A DNA stretch of 64,000 bases from NCBI GenBank assembly GCA_030295235.1, contig AP026145.1, positions 558,001 to 622,000 of the forward strand, read 5' to 3'. Positions within the stretch are counted from its first letter, which is position 1; each line of letters starts with the position of its first letter. Below the pieces are notes generated by a model. It ran no database searches, was not told the origin of the DNA, and worked only from the letters and a program-made list of their open reading frames with translations. The translations under genes were made by a program, and so were the position numbers. This DNA is from Fistulifera solaris. Taxonomy: Eukaryota. Positions 37,043-49,520 of the stretch are shown piece by piece.

Positions 37043-37311
37043 ATCAAGAAAGACGATGAAAATTGTTTTCTGGGAGCATGAAAAAGAAGAAATAGAACTC
37101 GGCAACCAGATCGTTCTATTTTCTATATGGGTTACATCGCACGGCCGATTGCAGAATCAATGTCGATGTTTGACGTTCTCATTCAGTTCTTTTCAATTTA
37201 GAATTCTCTATGTTTACTTTATCTGTAATTTCTTCGAAGTATTGTTCCGTTTTCCATGAGTCCGCTAGTTTAGTATGAAGCCAGGACATTATATCCAGCA
37301 CCTGCCGACTA

Positions 37312-37959
37312 TTATTTTGTGTTCATATTCATTTCTTGTAGACGATCTTCCGCTAACGGGGCGTCAGCCAGAACCTTCGACAGTGGATCCCATATCGTTT
37401 CGATCCACTGTCGAATTTCTTCCTGCTGTTTCATTCGATTTTCCGCGTCTGTTGCGCCGACGTCACCCACCAATTCAGCTCCAGCCATGGTCAATGCTTT
37501 CACAATCGTTTTGGGGTTCTCCTGATACGTTTGGTACTTCGAGTCCCCTTGTCCACACATCGCTATGTAAATGCCTTTCAAAAACCCATCTTTATCTTGG
37601 TTGTCAGTGTAATCCGTAATCACTCGATCGCAAAACTTTCGAAATGCCTGAGCACCCATGGGCGCTCCGCCCGTCCCAAAGCTACTGACGAAGATGACCA
37701 CCACCGTTCGCCACGATGGAGACTCGAGGAAATCATCCATTTCCACGATTTTCACTTTTACATTCAGGCGCTGGGGCGCTTCTTTCGCAAAGGCCCGGGC
37801 GGCGTCTTCACTGGTGCCGCGCTGCGATCCGAAGAGCACCAAAATTTCTTCTTCTTTTTCAGCCATTGTCGTTTCTTCTTCGGTCATGGAAGTTCCGGGT
37901 TGAAAGTGCGACAGCGGTCGATTATCTCGTTTCGATGGAGGTTTCGCTAGACCGGGCAT
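37312..37959 (-). CDS. Stand-alone flavodoxin (P450-reductase-type FMN domain), soluble paralog
   Basis: VLFGSQRGTSE, FVSSFGTGGAP, IAMCGQGDSKY; start may be the Met at ~37888. Confidence 0.85.
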   Translation of the reverse strand: MPGLAKPPSKRDNRPLSHFQPGTSMTEEETTMAEKEEEILVLFGSQRGTSEDAARAFAKEAPQRLNVKVKIVEMDDFLESPSWRTVVVIFVSSFGTGGAPMGAQAFRKFCDRVITDYTDNQDKDGFLKGIYIAMCGQGDSKYQTYQENPKTIVKALTMAGAELVGDVGATDAENRMKQQEEIRQWIETIWDPLSKVLADAPLAEDRLQEMNMNTK

Positions 37960-38503
37960 TTCAATGATTGTTGTTCAAAGTAATTCGTTTATGCTTGGTT
38001 TTTGCTTTGGTGATCCGTGTTGTCGCCATGGAAGAATGCTTTGGCAGTCATTTTGTGACGCGGCTTCGGTTTTCTTCGTGTCACAAAAAGTCACAACATC
38101 CTTTTCCCAATGTAGTCGTACCGGCAACCGTCTTGATAATACAACACATGAAGCAAGTACCGTTGCATCGACTGTAGTTTTGAATGTATACGACTTTTTT
38201 TTACGTCGCATTTCTTTTTTTTTGCTGCCCAACACCCACACACACTTGCACACTTCTGCTTGCTTGACAGACACACTCGCGGCATGAAGGTGTGCTATTC
38301 CCGCCATCCACACTTTTTCCTTCATTCGAATCACACTCACATCACCGACAAAGTATGTTGGACAGTAGGAAAGTCACGCGCGGGGAAAAGTGTTTCTTTC
38401 CTTCCATTTCTTGACGCCGGAGGCTCTCTCGCATTATTATCGTTATCGTTATTTTCGAAAACAATATTTCTTTTTGCATCCATCAATCCCATCATCAACA
38501 AGC

Positions 38504-40777
38504 ATGAAGCCCTCTCTCGTTTTATACACGTCTCCGAATTGTTGTGAGGAGTCGGATAATTTGAAGGACTTTCTCGTGCAAGGGGGCTTTGATTTCGAAG
38601 AAAAGCGAGTGCTGGTGGTGCCCGGTACGTGGAATGAAGTTTGTCGAAGCTCCCTGTCATTCTTCCTCTCTCTTACAAACAGTTCTTTCAGCTGTCTTGA
38701 AATTAAAGTGGGGACCCGAGGCATCCTTGCCGGTGTTGCGGTACGGAAAAGATCATTGGATAGCGGCTCGCGATCACGAATCGCTGCGTCAACTCTACGT
38801 CGACCAGCTTCTCCTCTCGCACAGTCCTCGTTCTTCGTTGCAATCTCCAAAGAATGTTCTTTCACTCAAAGAGATCAGCTTTTCTCCCAACAATGGTAGT
38901 CTCAAAAAGCGTACAGTTTCCGTGTGCCTTCGTTCTGCCCCGTCGAAGATACGACGTCGACATCCGCGTCGTCCACGATCGAAATCGAATTTGTTCCTCA
39001 TAACCTGGAGGGTGGCTTCCAAGCCGTTGAAGAAAAGGATTCGAGCTCGCACTTGTATCTCGAAGAGGTGGAGGAATACCAGCGCACAACAAATGAGGAC
39101 GACGAGGATAGTCAAGAGTACATGGAAGAAATGTCGGTGATGGAGCGAGGAGATGAAGTAAGCGACGAGGAGGAGGACGACGTAGAAGAAACTATCATTG
39201 CGACATCATGCCGCGTCACGAATGAGGCGTCAAACTCACATACCATGCCGCCAGTGCCGGAGTTGATGCGTCGATTGTTGAAAGCTCTTCATCACGAGAC
39301 CTATCAGGACCGACAAGGCCAAACGCATTACTACGTCAAAGGTCGCGACGCCGTACGCATGCTACGTGCGCACCTGGAAAACGAGGGCGACACGCCGAAT
39401 GTTTCCGACTTTGATGCCATCTCCTACGGGAAGCAGCTCCTTCAGATGCAAGTTTTGCAGAATTATACGCCCGACGAGGATGAATTCGAAAAGTGTCTGT
39501 TGGTATTGCAGCCATTCTGGACTCCGCAAGTGTTGAACTCGTTCATGATCTGGCCCGAGGACCAAGAACTGTCGGAATCCGCCGAAGAAGTATTGCGTCG
39601 TTTGTCGAAGCAAATGGATGCGTTGACGAATGATCCCATTGCTGAAGACAACGAAACGCGTTGGGACGCTTTGGAGGTCGCTGTCTGTGAGCTACAAATG
39701 GTAGAGTTTCCTCACGAATCACCCGAGTTTGCTCTCAATCTCTACAACCTGATAGTCCGTCATGCTGTACATAAGAAAAGTAGCGACGAGTGGCCTACAG
39801 GTCTCGAATCGATGGAGAAGATGTGGCAGTCTATCGGTTATAACGTCGGTAGCGAATGGATTGATCTCATGACATTGCAGACCATGCTCTTGGGGCAGCA
39901 GAAACGAGTTGAGAAAAACCGCGACGTCATGAATCGGTTGCTTCGTCGGGGACGTCGCACTGAAAGTTACGATGGTTTCAGTCCTTGCTACTATAATTCG
40001 GTGGCACTGGACCCGCGTTACATATTTGCGATGACTTGGGGGTGCCAGTCGAGTCCGGTTGTCGCTACTTTGTGTCACAATCTTGAACAGTCATTGCGAG
40101 AAGCCGCGGAGCGCTATTGCCAGAAGCATGTCAAGATTTCGAAGCAACGAGTTGTCTTGCCGACCCTAGTCTCGTGGTATTGCAAAAGCTTTGGAGCCAC
40201 ACACGCCACCCAGGTCTTCAAACGTGTCCGGTCGTACCTCACTCCAGAACAGGACAGTCGTGTCAAGAAATACAAGCTACGCAATCCGCAATTCGAAATC
40301 GTATTCGCCGATGCGTCGAATTTCAAATGGGAGCCTCGCCTTTCCGATGATACGGAGGAAGGCGTCAGCGACACCGACGATATTCACAGCCAAAGTACGG
40401 CGACTGAAAGCTTCCATGATGCTTACATGAGCTCTCACCGACGTCGAGTGGAGCAGCTTCGGGCGTCAAGACCCACTCCTTCCCAAATCTATGGCGATAC
40501 CGAAACGCACACAAGAGCCTCATCCGGTCTCTGGGGCGAATTGATTGACGAAGAGCCACCAAGCGAGAAAGATTATGATGATCACTTTGACTACAACGAC
40601 GACGAAGTTATTCAATCCGGCTCCAGAAGTTTACTCGGTGATTTAGATTCATTTCGTGATCGTGGTGCCCTAACGCGGGGTCGCTCGCTCTATCTGACGA
40701 TGCGCAAAGAGATTTCTGCGCTCACTTTAGACATCGCCTTTCAGGACGAGCCCGGATTTCAACGTTTGCAACTATAA
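38504..40777 (+). CDS. Glutaredoxin-like + DEP-like + DUF547 protein (degenerate motifs)
   Basis: N-terminal LYTSPNCCEES; FALNLYNLIVRHA, Y.VG, DPRYIFAMTWGCQSSP and LPTLVSWYCKSFG resemble DUF547; intron ~38625-38691; frameshift near 38940. Confidence 0.65.
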
Positions 40778-40840
40778 ATAATATGTGCCTTTCCAATAGT
40801 AACTTCATTTCTCGATTTCGTATAAATGCTAGCAATCTAC

Positions 40841-42136
40841 CTAACCATCACTCGCTGTGTCGACAGTATCATGGTTACTGCATCCGCCGTACTTAGCACG
40901 CTGAGGCATCGAAGCATGTATTCTGCGATGATCTTCACGTGATCTAGCCTGGTGAAGTTTTGCTGACTTTGGTTGCAACGTATTCGTTAGACCGCTGACA
41001 CCAAATAACTCCGCTGGCGAATGCTCCTCGGACCATTTCCAGGTGGGAAATACATCTCCGCCGTAAACACTATTTGTGAACTCGACAATAAAGACCCAAA
41101 AGGCAAAAGCTGATGTTGCCCATCCGACTATAAGCTGCATATATGCCAACGGTCCATCGTTATCGTTTCGTAGCAACCGAAATGCTTGGATCACAAGCTT
41201 CGTACAAGACAAAGTAATCAACATAGTTGTAAGTTTCGATAACAGAAATGATTGCAGCCAGAGACCGCAAACAAAAGCAAAGAGAAAGGAGGTCTGCACA
41301 AAGTTTCCTACGTTGTCCACTGGCCCGTCTAGCAAATTTTCGGCCAGAGTGCCTTCTGATGAGAAGTGAGTCTCAAGTATGATTTGAACACCCTTTGAAA
41401 ACCAGAACGTGCCAAAACCCAAAAATGCAACTGCCCCAAACAAGTTGTTCCGGAATACTTGCAACGTTCCAACTGTTACTTGTAGGAGCCCTCCTACAAA
41501 TACCATGTAAGGCCCCCAGGCCAAACGAAACGAAGACTCTACTAGAGTGGGAAAGATGTCATTCATCAGAGCAGTGGTCTCAAGTCCTATCATCATCGAC
41601 AAAGAGAAGAGCGCAGGAGCCATCGAGTTTGAGTGAGATTGTTTTAGAGCCGAAGACGATGATCCGAACGATTCTTGTTTTCTTCCCGCGGGTGCTTTCA
41701 TCATACGAGGTTTCAAGTTTTCCTCTCCTTGTGATTCATCACTATGCAGGCCTGACAAACGAATGTTCAATATGCCAGGATCTTCGTATGAGGTACTGCT
41801 AAAATCCCACTCAATATTGTTGGCTTCGCAAGCTTCGATGCGCATGAACGACTGCAGCTTGTCGAGGTAAACTTCAATCAAACGTCCTGGCACGGCTATA
41901 TCTTGATGCTCCAGAAACAGACTCACATGCGCCGGTGAACAAATGGCTGGTGGATTGAACCAAATACGCGCCACAGCATTGTCGAGACCATACCCCGGTC
42001 GATCGGGAAAGTACCGAACGGCAGCGAGTCGAGTAGTGTTCCGTTCTTGGGCATTCTGGGAGCTCGGCGGACGTACTTTCATATACGTTTTAACTTCTTT
42101 TGGTGCCATGAGTGTATTGTTAATATTGTCAGCCAT
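40841..42136 (-). CDS. GPR1/FUN34/YaaH (SatP) acetate/ammonia channel with N-terminal soluble domain, paralog 1
   Basis: Six-TM region with FVGGLLQVTVG...NNLFGAVAFLGFGTFW. Confidence 0.8.
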   Translation of the reverse strand: MADNINNTLMAPKEVKTYMKVRPPSSQNAQERNTTRLAAVRYFPDRPGYGLDNAVARIWFNPPAICSPAHVSLFLEHQDIAVPGRLIEVYLDKLQSFMRIEACEANNIEWDFSSTSYEDPGILNIRLSGLHSDESQGEENLKPRMMKAPAGRKQESFGSSSSALKQSHSNSMAPALFSLSMMIGLETTALMNDIFPTLVESSFRLAWGPYMVFVGGLLQVTVGTLQVFRNNLFGAVAFLGFGTFWFSKGVQIILETHFSSEGTLAENLLDGPVDNVGNFVQTSFLFAFVCGLWLQSFLLSKLTTMLITLSCTKLVIQAFRLLRNDNDGPLAYMQLIVGWATSAFAFWVFIVEFTNSVYGGDVFPTWKWSEEHSPAELFGVSGLTNTLQPKSAKLHQARSREDHRRIHASMPQRAKYGGCSNHDTVDTASDG

Positions 42137-42348
42137 GGCTACGAAAACAGTTCCGCACCATAATACGAGAGTTCACATGATGCATGCTGGAATGTGACAA
42201 GAAAATGAAAAAATGATGAGAACCGTGCATCCTTCGATAAGAACCGAACCGAATACCCTTTCTCGAGGGTCGCGGAGTAGATTTCTCCGGGGTGGAATGT
42301 TGTATTATAAGCTCTACCTGGTAATCGCCATTGATGATTTCAGTCGTC

Positions 42349-43719
42349 TCAACTGGTCTTGCTCGTGTCTTTAGTGGTTGTTAGCTCGCCGTTATCACCC
42401 TTATTCTCCGATACGTCACAGCCACCAAACTTTTCACCACGAGGTAAAGATGTGTGCACTTTGCGATGGTAGTTGAGAAATTTGGCTTGACGAAGCCTCG
42501 CCGCTTTTGATTGCAGTGTACCAACATTACCACTGGCTCCGAACACTTCTTCCGGCGAGTGCTCTTCGGACCACTTGTAGGTCGGATAGACCTGCTTCTT
42601 GTATACTCCGTTCGTAAACTCGACCAAAAACATCCAAAACGCAAATGCAGATGTCAGCCAACCGATGATCAGCTGCATGTAGGCCAGAGCTCCATCTTGA
42701 TCGTCACGCAACAATCGAAAAGCATGGACAATGAGCTTGGCGCACAACAGGCTAATCAACGCCGTACTGAGCTTGGACATTAAAAACGTTTGCTTCCATA
42801 ATGCACACGTGAAAAGAAAGACAAAGAGAACTCGAACAAAGAGCCAACGTTGTCAACTGGCCCCTCCAGTAGTGATTCGGCCACAGTTCCTTCGGATGCA
42901 AAGTACACTTCAAGTATGGACTCGGTGCCGTTGGAGAACCAAAATGTACCAAAGCCCAAGAATGCCACCGCGCCATACAAGTTGTTTCGGAACACTTGTA
43001 ACGTTCCGACAATTACTTGCAACAGACCTCCCACAAAGAACATGTAAGGTCCCCAGGCGAGACGAAACGAAGGTTCCACGGAACCCGGGAAGAGAGTGCC
43101 CATCAACGCCGTAGTCTCCAAACCCACCATTAGCGAGAAGGAAAACAAACCCAGAGGCACCGAGTTGGCGTGCTCCGGTCCTCCCTTTTTCTCGTTGCAA
43201 TGGGATGCTGTCGGCATGGAATCTCCCAGAGACTTGGAGCTCTGGGACGTTGCCGTGCTCCCCTGCCGTGGAGGCGATCATGGACGGCTTAAAAGACAAG
43301 GATAAATCTTCTTGCCAGTGAGGACTCTGCAAGTCCGTGAGACGGATATTCAGTATGCCAGGGTTTTGAGGAGACGATTCGCTAAAGTCCCACTCGATAC
43401 CGCTCGCTTCGCACCCCTCAATGAGCATGAAGGATTGAAACTTATCCAAATAGACTTCCACCAATAGACCCGGCAACGCAATGTCTTGTTGCTTCAAAAA
43501 CAAGCTCACATGCGCTGGTGAACAAATTTCGGGAGGATCGAACCAAATTCGTGCCACCGAGTTGTGTAGACCGTATCCGGGCCGATCGAGGAAATAGCGA
43601 ATGACGGCGAGTCGAGGTTCGTTTCCTTCTTGAATGTTCTTGAAGCTCGGCGGACGCACTTTGGTGTGCGTCTTCTTTTCCTCCCGGAACACCATGTACT
43701 GGTTACCGAAGTCGGTCAT
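42349..43719 (-). CDS. GPR1/FUN34/YaaH (SatP) channel with N-terminal soluble domain, paralog 2 (two apparent frameshifts)
   Basis: ANSVPLGLFSF signature (cf. NPAPLGL), FFVGGLLQVIVG, AFLGFGTFWF; pieces lie in three ORFs colinear with paralog 1. Confidence 0.8.
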
Positions 43720-44395
43720 CTCGCTTGTCTTTTGTTGCTTATGAGAGAGGATTCGTTTGTATTTTTTGCGATAATTGTGTTACGTCGTCGCTCAAGTGCC
43801 AATTCCACTTTTTATCTTGCGATTTGTGGTGGAAAAATCGTTGGAGGGAGATGATGACGATGCGACCGTTCGTTGTATAACGATTAAAGTACGATAGAAT
43901 CGTCGGGTTCGCATTTTTTTGTTTGATTGCGCAAGGATTGCGTTCCGTCTCCCAGTCCCGACCATGATATTATGTTGATGGTAAGTCGTGAATCGATCTC
44001 CGGGTTTTTCGACCTACATGCGTGCATAATAGCACTTGCTTAAGCCGGCAATGGAACCGACCTGTGTAACAAAGCAACTGAAATCAACCTGTTTTGAGAA
44101 CACACGGAAGGTCGGTAAGGTTAGCGTCGGAAAGACAGTTTACTCTGCTACAATTAAGCGGCCCTCTGCTTTCGGATTGAAGGTCCAAGGTTTGATGAGG
44201 GTTGCAAGAATTTTTAAAGGCGGCTCGATTGATGCTACTAGTCCAATCGCGTACATAGACTATTATTCCTTGTCCCAAGAGAAACTGTGACGTAGTAATC
44301 ATTTGTAAATTCATAATCTTAAAACTTTAATTCACTTAACACATTCGAACACCTTGTTCCCTCCTTCGAACACTTTCACTTGTTAAACTTCTTTA

Positions 44396-45764
44396 TTATT
44401 TCTTGTTCATATTGATCACGGGCGTCACCATGGAGCAATCATTGAAAAAGTCGACCATGACAATGTTTTGCGTTTTTCCGTCCCAGTCATCTTCGACCCA
44501 GTTGGACACTTTCGGAGTCGCACGCTTGGCAATGTTACGAATCGACAAATCCCCTCTACCTTCGAAGATTTCTTTTTTGATCAAGTCCGTATCCGGTGTC
44601 AAAATACCTTGCAAGACGAAGAACTTGTTCTTGGGACGCGCTTCGACCGTGTTCTCGAGCTTGGAACGGAGCGTTTCCGTGTCATTCGCTTCGGGCCATT
44701 TCGAGTCGATGCAATTCTTAAACCAGAGCTTGCCGTTGGAGGCATTGTGCGTCGCTTCGTCGTGGTAAATGACGACCGCTTGAGCGTTTTTCTCCCAGTA
44801 CTCACGGACCGGGCTGTCGGGACTCAATCCCTCCTTCTGGCTGGCCATCTTGGGACCGAGTTTCTGGGTAATGCGCGCCGCCAGCAATTTGTGATGTTCC
44901 GGAGTCATCTCATACAAGTGATTGAAATCCAAAAGAACAATTTCTTTGGGATGGTTGCCGAGGAACTTGGCCACTTCATCGAGCACCGTGTCAATGTTGA
45001 CACAGTACACTCCGTGACACGTATAGAACTGATCTTCACCGTGACTGGCTATGCGCAAATCAAGGTAGCGAATGCCTTCATTCAGCTGCTGCGAAATGGT
45101 CAATTCTTGGCATTTGCACAAGCGTTCAAAGACCACGCCCAAGACAGCATCGTTGATCTTTTCCGTCAATTTCCGGAACAAGCCGCGGCCCACTTCCAGT
45201 TTATCCTGGATACCGGAAGTCAAATCCGAATCTGGCGAAGCCCCCAACTCTTCATTGAACTGATAAGTTCCACTGTCGTGAGTTCCGGGCAACGCCACTT
45301 GACACAGCGGTTTGTCAGCAATCACGTTACCCAAGACTTTCATCCAGTCCGCCGGGGGGAATGTAATCGTGAATTTTGATATCGATACGATAATTCCCGT
45401 CTTCTTCGACTCCCACATCAGCGCTGATGGCGAGAGCAGGCTTGGCCTCGTCTTCGGCCACACTGCGGGCCCACCACTTTTCCGCATCGCACAAGAGTTG
45501 CATCTTGTCGTCACCTTGTTCGTGTTGCGCCACCAGCGTCAACTGACCGTCTTTCTGTACGCGCCTCTCGGCTTCCCCTTCAATGTACGTATAGTTTCCG
45601 CCGTACACTTTGTGGGCCGGTTCCGCCGGCAACTGCTTTCCGGCGGCCAGCGTGCCATGCAACTGGGGCATGCCCTGATCTTCGATGCGGGCCTTTCCTT
45701 CGACGACCATGGTCACGGAACGCGTTGAGCGGTTCTGAATTCGAACGTAAGCACCTTTTCCCAT
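44396..45764 (-). CDS. PI-PLC X-domain protein (PLCXD-like) with ~135-aa N-terminal beta-rich domain
   Basis: DWM, LPGTHDSGTY, CQELTISQQLNEGIRYLDLRI, HPKEIVLLDFNH, NIVMVDF; joins the MGKGAYVRIQN ORF if one base is removed from the run at 45354-45359. Confidence 0.85.
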
Positions 45765-46298
45765 GATTGATGAATATCTTATTTCTAAAGAAGAACGGAG
45801 GGGAAACTTAATGACCTTACAATTTGTGCTGTTGCGATGAAAGATACAAGCGCGAAGAGAGAGATACTCCGAAAAAGCAGATTTTGCGTTGTTGCAGATG
45901 TTGGACGAGATCTTTTTGAATCTTGTGAACGAAGAACGAAGGAAGCAGTCGCGCATGCCACGTGTACATAGTACTGTAAAAGAAACAGTGATGTAAGAAC
46001 TAGCGACAGTACCTGGTACTTTGTCTGTGCTATTATGTAAAGAAAGCTTTAACCTTACTGTTGCTCGAATAACCCGCGCTTTCATGAATACCAGGTACGG
46101 AGTATAAACTATTGAAAGCGTGCAAAAAAGTCTCTCAAGTTTCAAAATCACTTATAATTCGTCCTCATCTTTTCCTGTCGAGAATCAGTTGAAGAAAAAA
46201 TCCTGATTACTGTTACCATTCTGCCTTTCAAAAGGTTGTGTAACCGGGTACGCAAAGTAGCCTCTTCTCCGTCTCGTATTTGGTGCCGTACTTTGTCG

Positions 46299-46703
46299 AT
46301 GACATCGACTTCGTCCCCTCCGCGGGCCATCAATCATCAAGAAGTAAGCAACACCATTTACATTGGTAATCTAACTCCCCAATATGCGACAGAAGTCATA
46401 ATCGAAAAGATATTGCAAAAGTACGGCCGTGTCGAACGCGTATCGGTTGTACGACCGAACGATCGGACCGCGTACGCGTTTGGGCAATATGCGACCGCCG
46501 AACAAGCTCAAGGGGCGCGACAAGCACTGCATGGACGGAAATTGGGAGGCCGAATTTTACAAGTACGACCCGCACGGTCGTCCTCAACAACGACAACAAC
46601 GAATTCTACCGAAACAGAAACACCGCGACAATTAGATCATCGGATACGAGCCATTCAAGAGAAACTTCATCAAAAGACAAACGCCAAACTTTCTCCAAAA
46701 TAG
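46299..46703 (+). CDS. Single-RRM RNA-binding protein (RBM18-like)
   Basis: RNP2 IYIGNL, RNP1-like AYAFGQY, LHGRKLGGRILQVRPA, C-terminal RIRAIQEKL. Confidence 0.75.
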   Translation: MTSTSSPPRAINHQEVSNTIYIGNLTPQYATEVIIEKILQKYGRVERVSVVRPNDRTAYAFGQYATAEQAQGARQALHGRKLGGRILQVRPARSSSTTTTTNSTETETPRQLDHRIRAIQEKLHQKTNAKLSPK

Positions 46704-46776
46704 AGACTGCTGCAATTTGCAAGAAAATCTAGTTTTTAGCCTACGTGTTCTTCTAAAAAACTGCTGCGAGGATGAA

Positions 46777-48259
46777 TTAAGCATCCTTCTTGTCGTCATC
46801 GTCATCGGGAATTTCTTCGCCCAAGACTTCCGCAAGCTCTTTCTTAGCCTTCTTCAACAATTCTTGTTGTTTACGCTCTTGACGCTTCTTAAAGTCCGCC
46901 AATTCCATTTCTTCGTCCACTACTTCACCCATCTTGATACGGTACTTCAAATCACCTTCCAACAACGCGCGGTCCCAGACCGTTTCCTTGAATTCGGCTT
47001 CGGTCATGTCATTTTCGACCGTCCCCGCCATGGACTGACGGAAATATTCGCGCTTGACCCACTCGTTGGCAATGGCTTCAATTTCTTTCGTGCGTTCGTC
47101 TTTCTCTTGTTGCTGTTCCGCCAAGAATCGTTCATCCGATTTGCGACGACTTTTCTGGAATTGTTCCTGTTCCCACCAGGCGTTGGTTGTGTATCCCTTG
47201 GCCGCATCGGGGTTGCTGGTAAGCCATTCTTCAATCGCTTTCTCGTAATTCTGTTATAAATGCGTCAAAGTGAGTCTCTAGTAACACACACGGCCTGCCA
47301 AAACACCCAACCTTGCGTACCTTGGCTCCATCCCGGAGCATGTGATCGATTTCTTGCAAACGCGCGTAGCCAGCTTCTCGTAAACCACGAATCAATCGAA
47401 CTTCGGTCGCATTGACATTGTAAATTTCCGCAAACGAGAAAGCCTTGTTCGCACCGGCCTCCAATTGCAGCATTTCCGTAATCATGCGGTACGATTCTTG
47501 GCGAGAAAAGATGGCCTTGGCGGGCAGTGTGCCATTGACGGTACCAAATTGATCAAAATGGTACGCCTGTTTGCCTTCGGGTTCATCGGTCAATTGCCCG
47601 ACGGCCGCGATGGAATAGGTTTTACCGGTGTTCTGAATGGCCTCCAACGCCGCCGCACTAGCCGTGACATCCAATTCATTCGCTCCCACCAACAAAATGG
47701 CAATATTCTCGACACTGGGTGCATCTGCTAAAGTCTTGGCGATTGTTTGTACTTGTTCGAGCAAGTCATCACCTTGCAAATAGGCCAACCAACTCTTGAC
47801 ACCGTCCAATTGCGCCGCCGTGGGCAAACTGTCGCCTTGCGCAAAATCGAGTTTATTCAACAATCCCGTGTACCGCGCCGATCGACTGATGAGTTGCTTC
47901 TTTGCCAATTTCGTGTCGGGACAAAAGGCGACAATTTTGTCAAATTCAAAGGCCGAATCTTGATGATTGAGTAAATCAAACAAAAATTGATCGTCCGCAG
48001 TGACCCCCGGTCGAATGAGTCCCGACACAAGGCACGTCCCATCAATGGTACTGCGGGCTTCGACCGGTTCCGGTGCTTTCAAATAGGCTTGTACTTTTTC
48101 GGCAGGATTCTCTCGTTCCATGGTACGGAATGCCGGTGGTCCTTTGACGCCCCAGGACGAAATGTACAGTGCTGTCGTCGACGACGACGACGCGGAAGGT
48201 TGTACGACAAAGGCCGTCGATGTCGCGGTCGTCGCGAGGAATAAAAACCCAATTCTCAT
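46777..48259 (-). CDS. Conserved plastid-targeted hypothetical protein (2 exons)
   Basis: Signal peptide with TAF|VVQP (ASAFAP-like) motif and Ser/Thr transit region; in-frame intron ~47250-47321; acidic coiled-coil C-terminus. Confidence 0.75.
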
Positions 48260-48871
48260 CTTTGTTTGTTGAATAAATGAAAAATTGATTAATCAAAGAC
48301 AAAAAGAGAGAGAAGAAAAGAGAAAGTGTTCGGGAGGAGATAAGCCGAATTTATACTGTCAAGGCAAAAAAAGATATCGTTCTCATCACTTTCGCATCGC
48401 GACGAGAAGAACGGAGAAGAAAAAGAATGACGATGACGGCGATGACAAAGAGGTGCGCGAAGTGGTGTCACGGATGCGTAAGCCGTTGTGTATCAGACCA
48501 AGAGTAGGACAGGGCACGCGGGACACGCGGAAGCCATCTGTTCGATGAAATAATGAAAGTCGTAGTGGTATTCAAGTTGTTTTCACGGGCACCATGGCAT
48601 AGAAAATGCGGGCTATTAAGTACACAGAAAATCTGCTTGGTGTTTGTCTTCACGCGCACTGACTATCCGTTAGCAGCAAATCTGTATGATTGTTTTTCAC
48701 GTTCCCAGAAACTATGGGGGTGCGGAGTCTCTACTTTGTAAATACCCAGAAAATCTGGGTGATCCACGCTTTCACATGCACAACAACGGGGTGCGTTTTT
48801 GTTTTGTTTCTTGTGTTGCACAACAACTAAGAACAACACCTCAAAGATCAACTAATCACTAATGTTAACAA

Positions 48872-49354
48872 ATGAAGCTCTTCTCCGGATTCTTCCTAAC
48901 CTTCTTCTATTTAATTTCCGCCGCTCACTGTTTTCTTGTTCCCCCTCCAATCATCTCTCCGCATCGTCCGTGTTTTCAAACACCGCGTGACATGGATGAG
49001 GGCCTCGATGACTCCTTACGACCACCGCCCTTTAATTTACGCAAAGAATCCATTCTCTTTGATAGCAATGCCACTACCATGGCCAATAACAACGCGTTGC
49101 GAATTTGGCGGTTCATGCGGCGGCGATTGCCTCTTTGGTTGACCGGCACACAATCGGACGAGAATCCGTGGGGTGCCATTTACAATACGCTGCTGGTACG
49201 GTTCCCTACACTGGTGGCGGGAGTTTTGTACGGAAAGAATGTAATACAAGGACATCCACTGATTGTGGATTTGGGAGATGGTCCCTTTGAAGTGCCTCCT
49301 TTGGTAGTAATAGGAATTCTAGCGAGCATTCTTCGCGTACCAAAGTCATCATGA
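48872..49354 (+). CDS. Plastid-targeted small membrane protein
   Basis: Signal peptide ending AHC|FLVPP; 160-aa ORF with hydrophobic C-terminal segments. Confidence 0.65.
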   Translation: MKLFSGFFLTFFYLISAAHCFLVPPPIISPHRPCFQTPRDMDEGLDDSLRPPPFNLRKESILFDSNATTMANNNALRIWRFMRRRLPLWLTGTQSDENPWGAIYNTLLVRFPTLVAGVLYGKNVIQGHPLIVDLGDGPFEVPPLVVIGILASILRVPKSS

Positions 49355-49520
49355 CAGTCTACTATTATCGATTTCTTTTCGAGCAACGATAAAGAATACA
49401 AAGCCAACTTTTTGCATTCCAGCTTATTTTTTAAGTAATGATAGTTTACGTACGTAAATATGCGAGCCGTTGCGTGTCCTCAGAATTCATCCATTCGAGT
49501 TAGTTAGTCATCATTTGTGT

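Noticed and set aside
44468..45379. 303-aa plus-strand ORF
   Set aside because: Antisense shadow of the PI-PLC-X gene.
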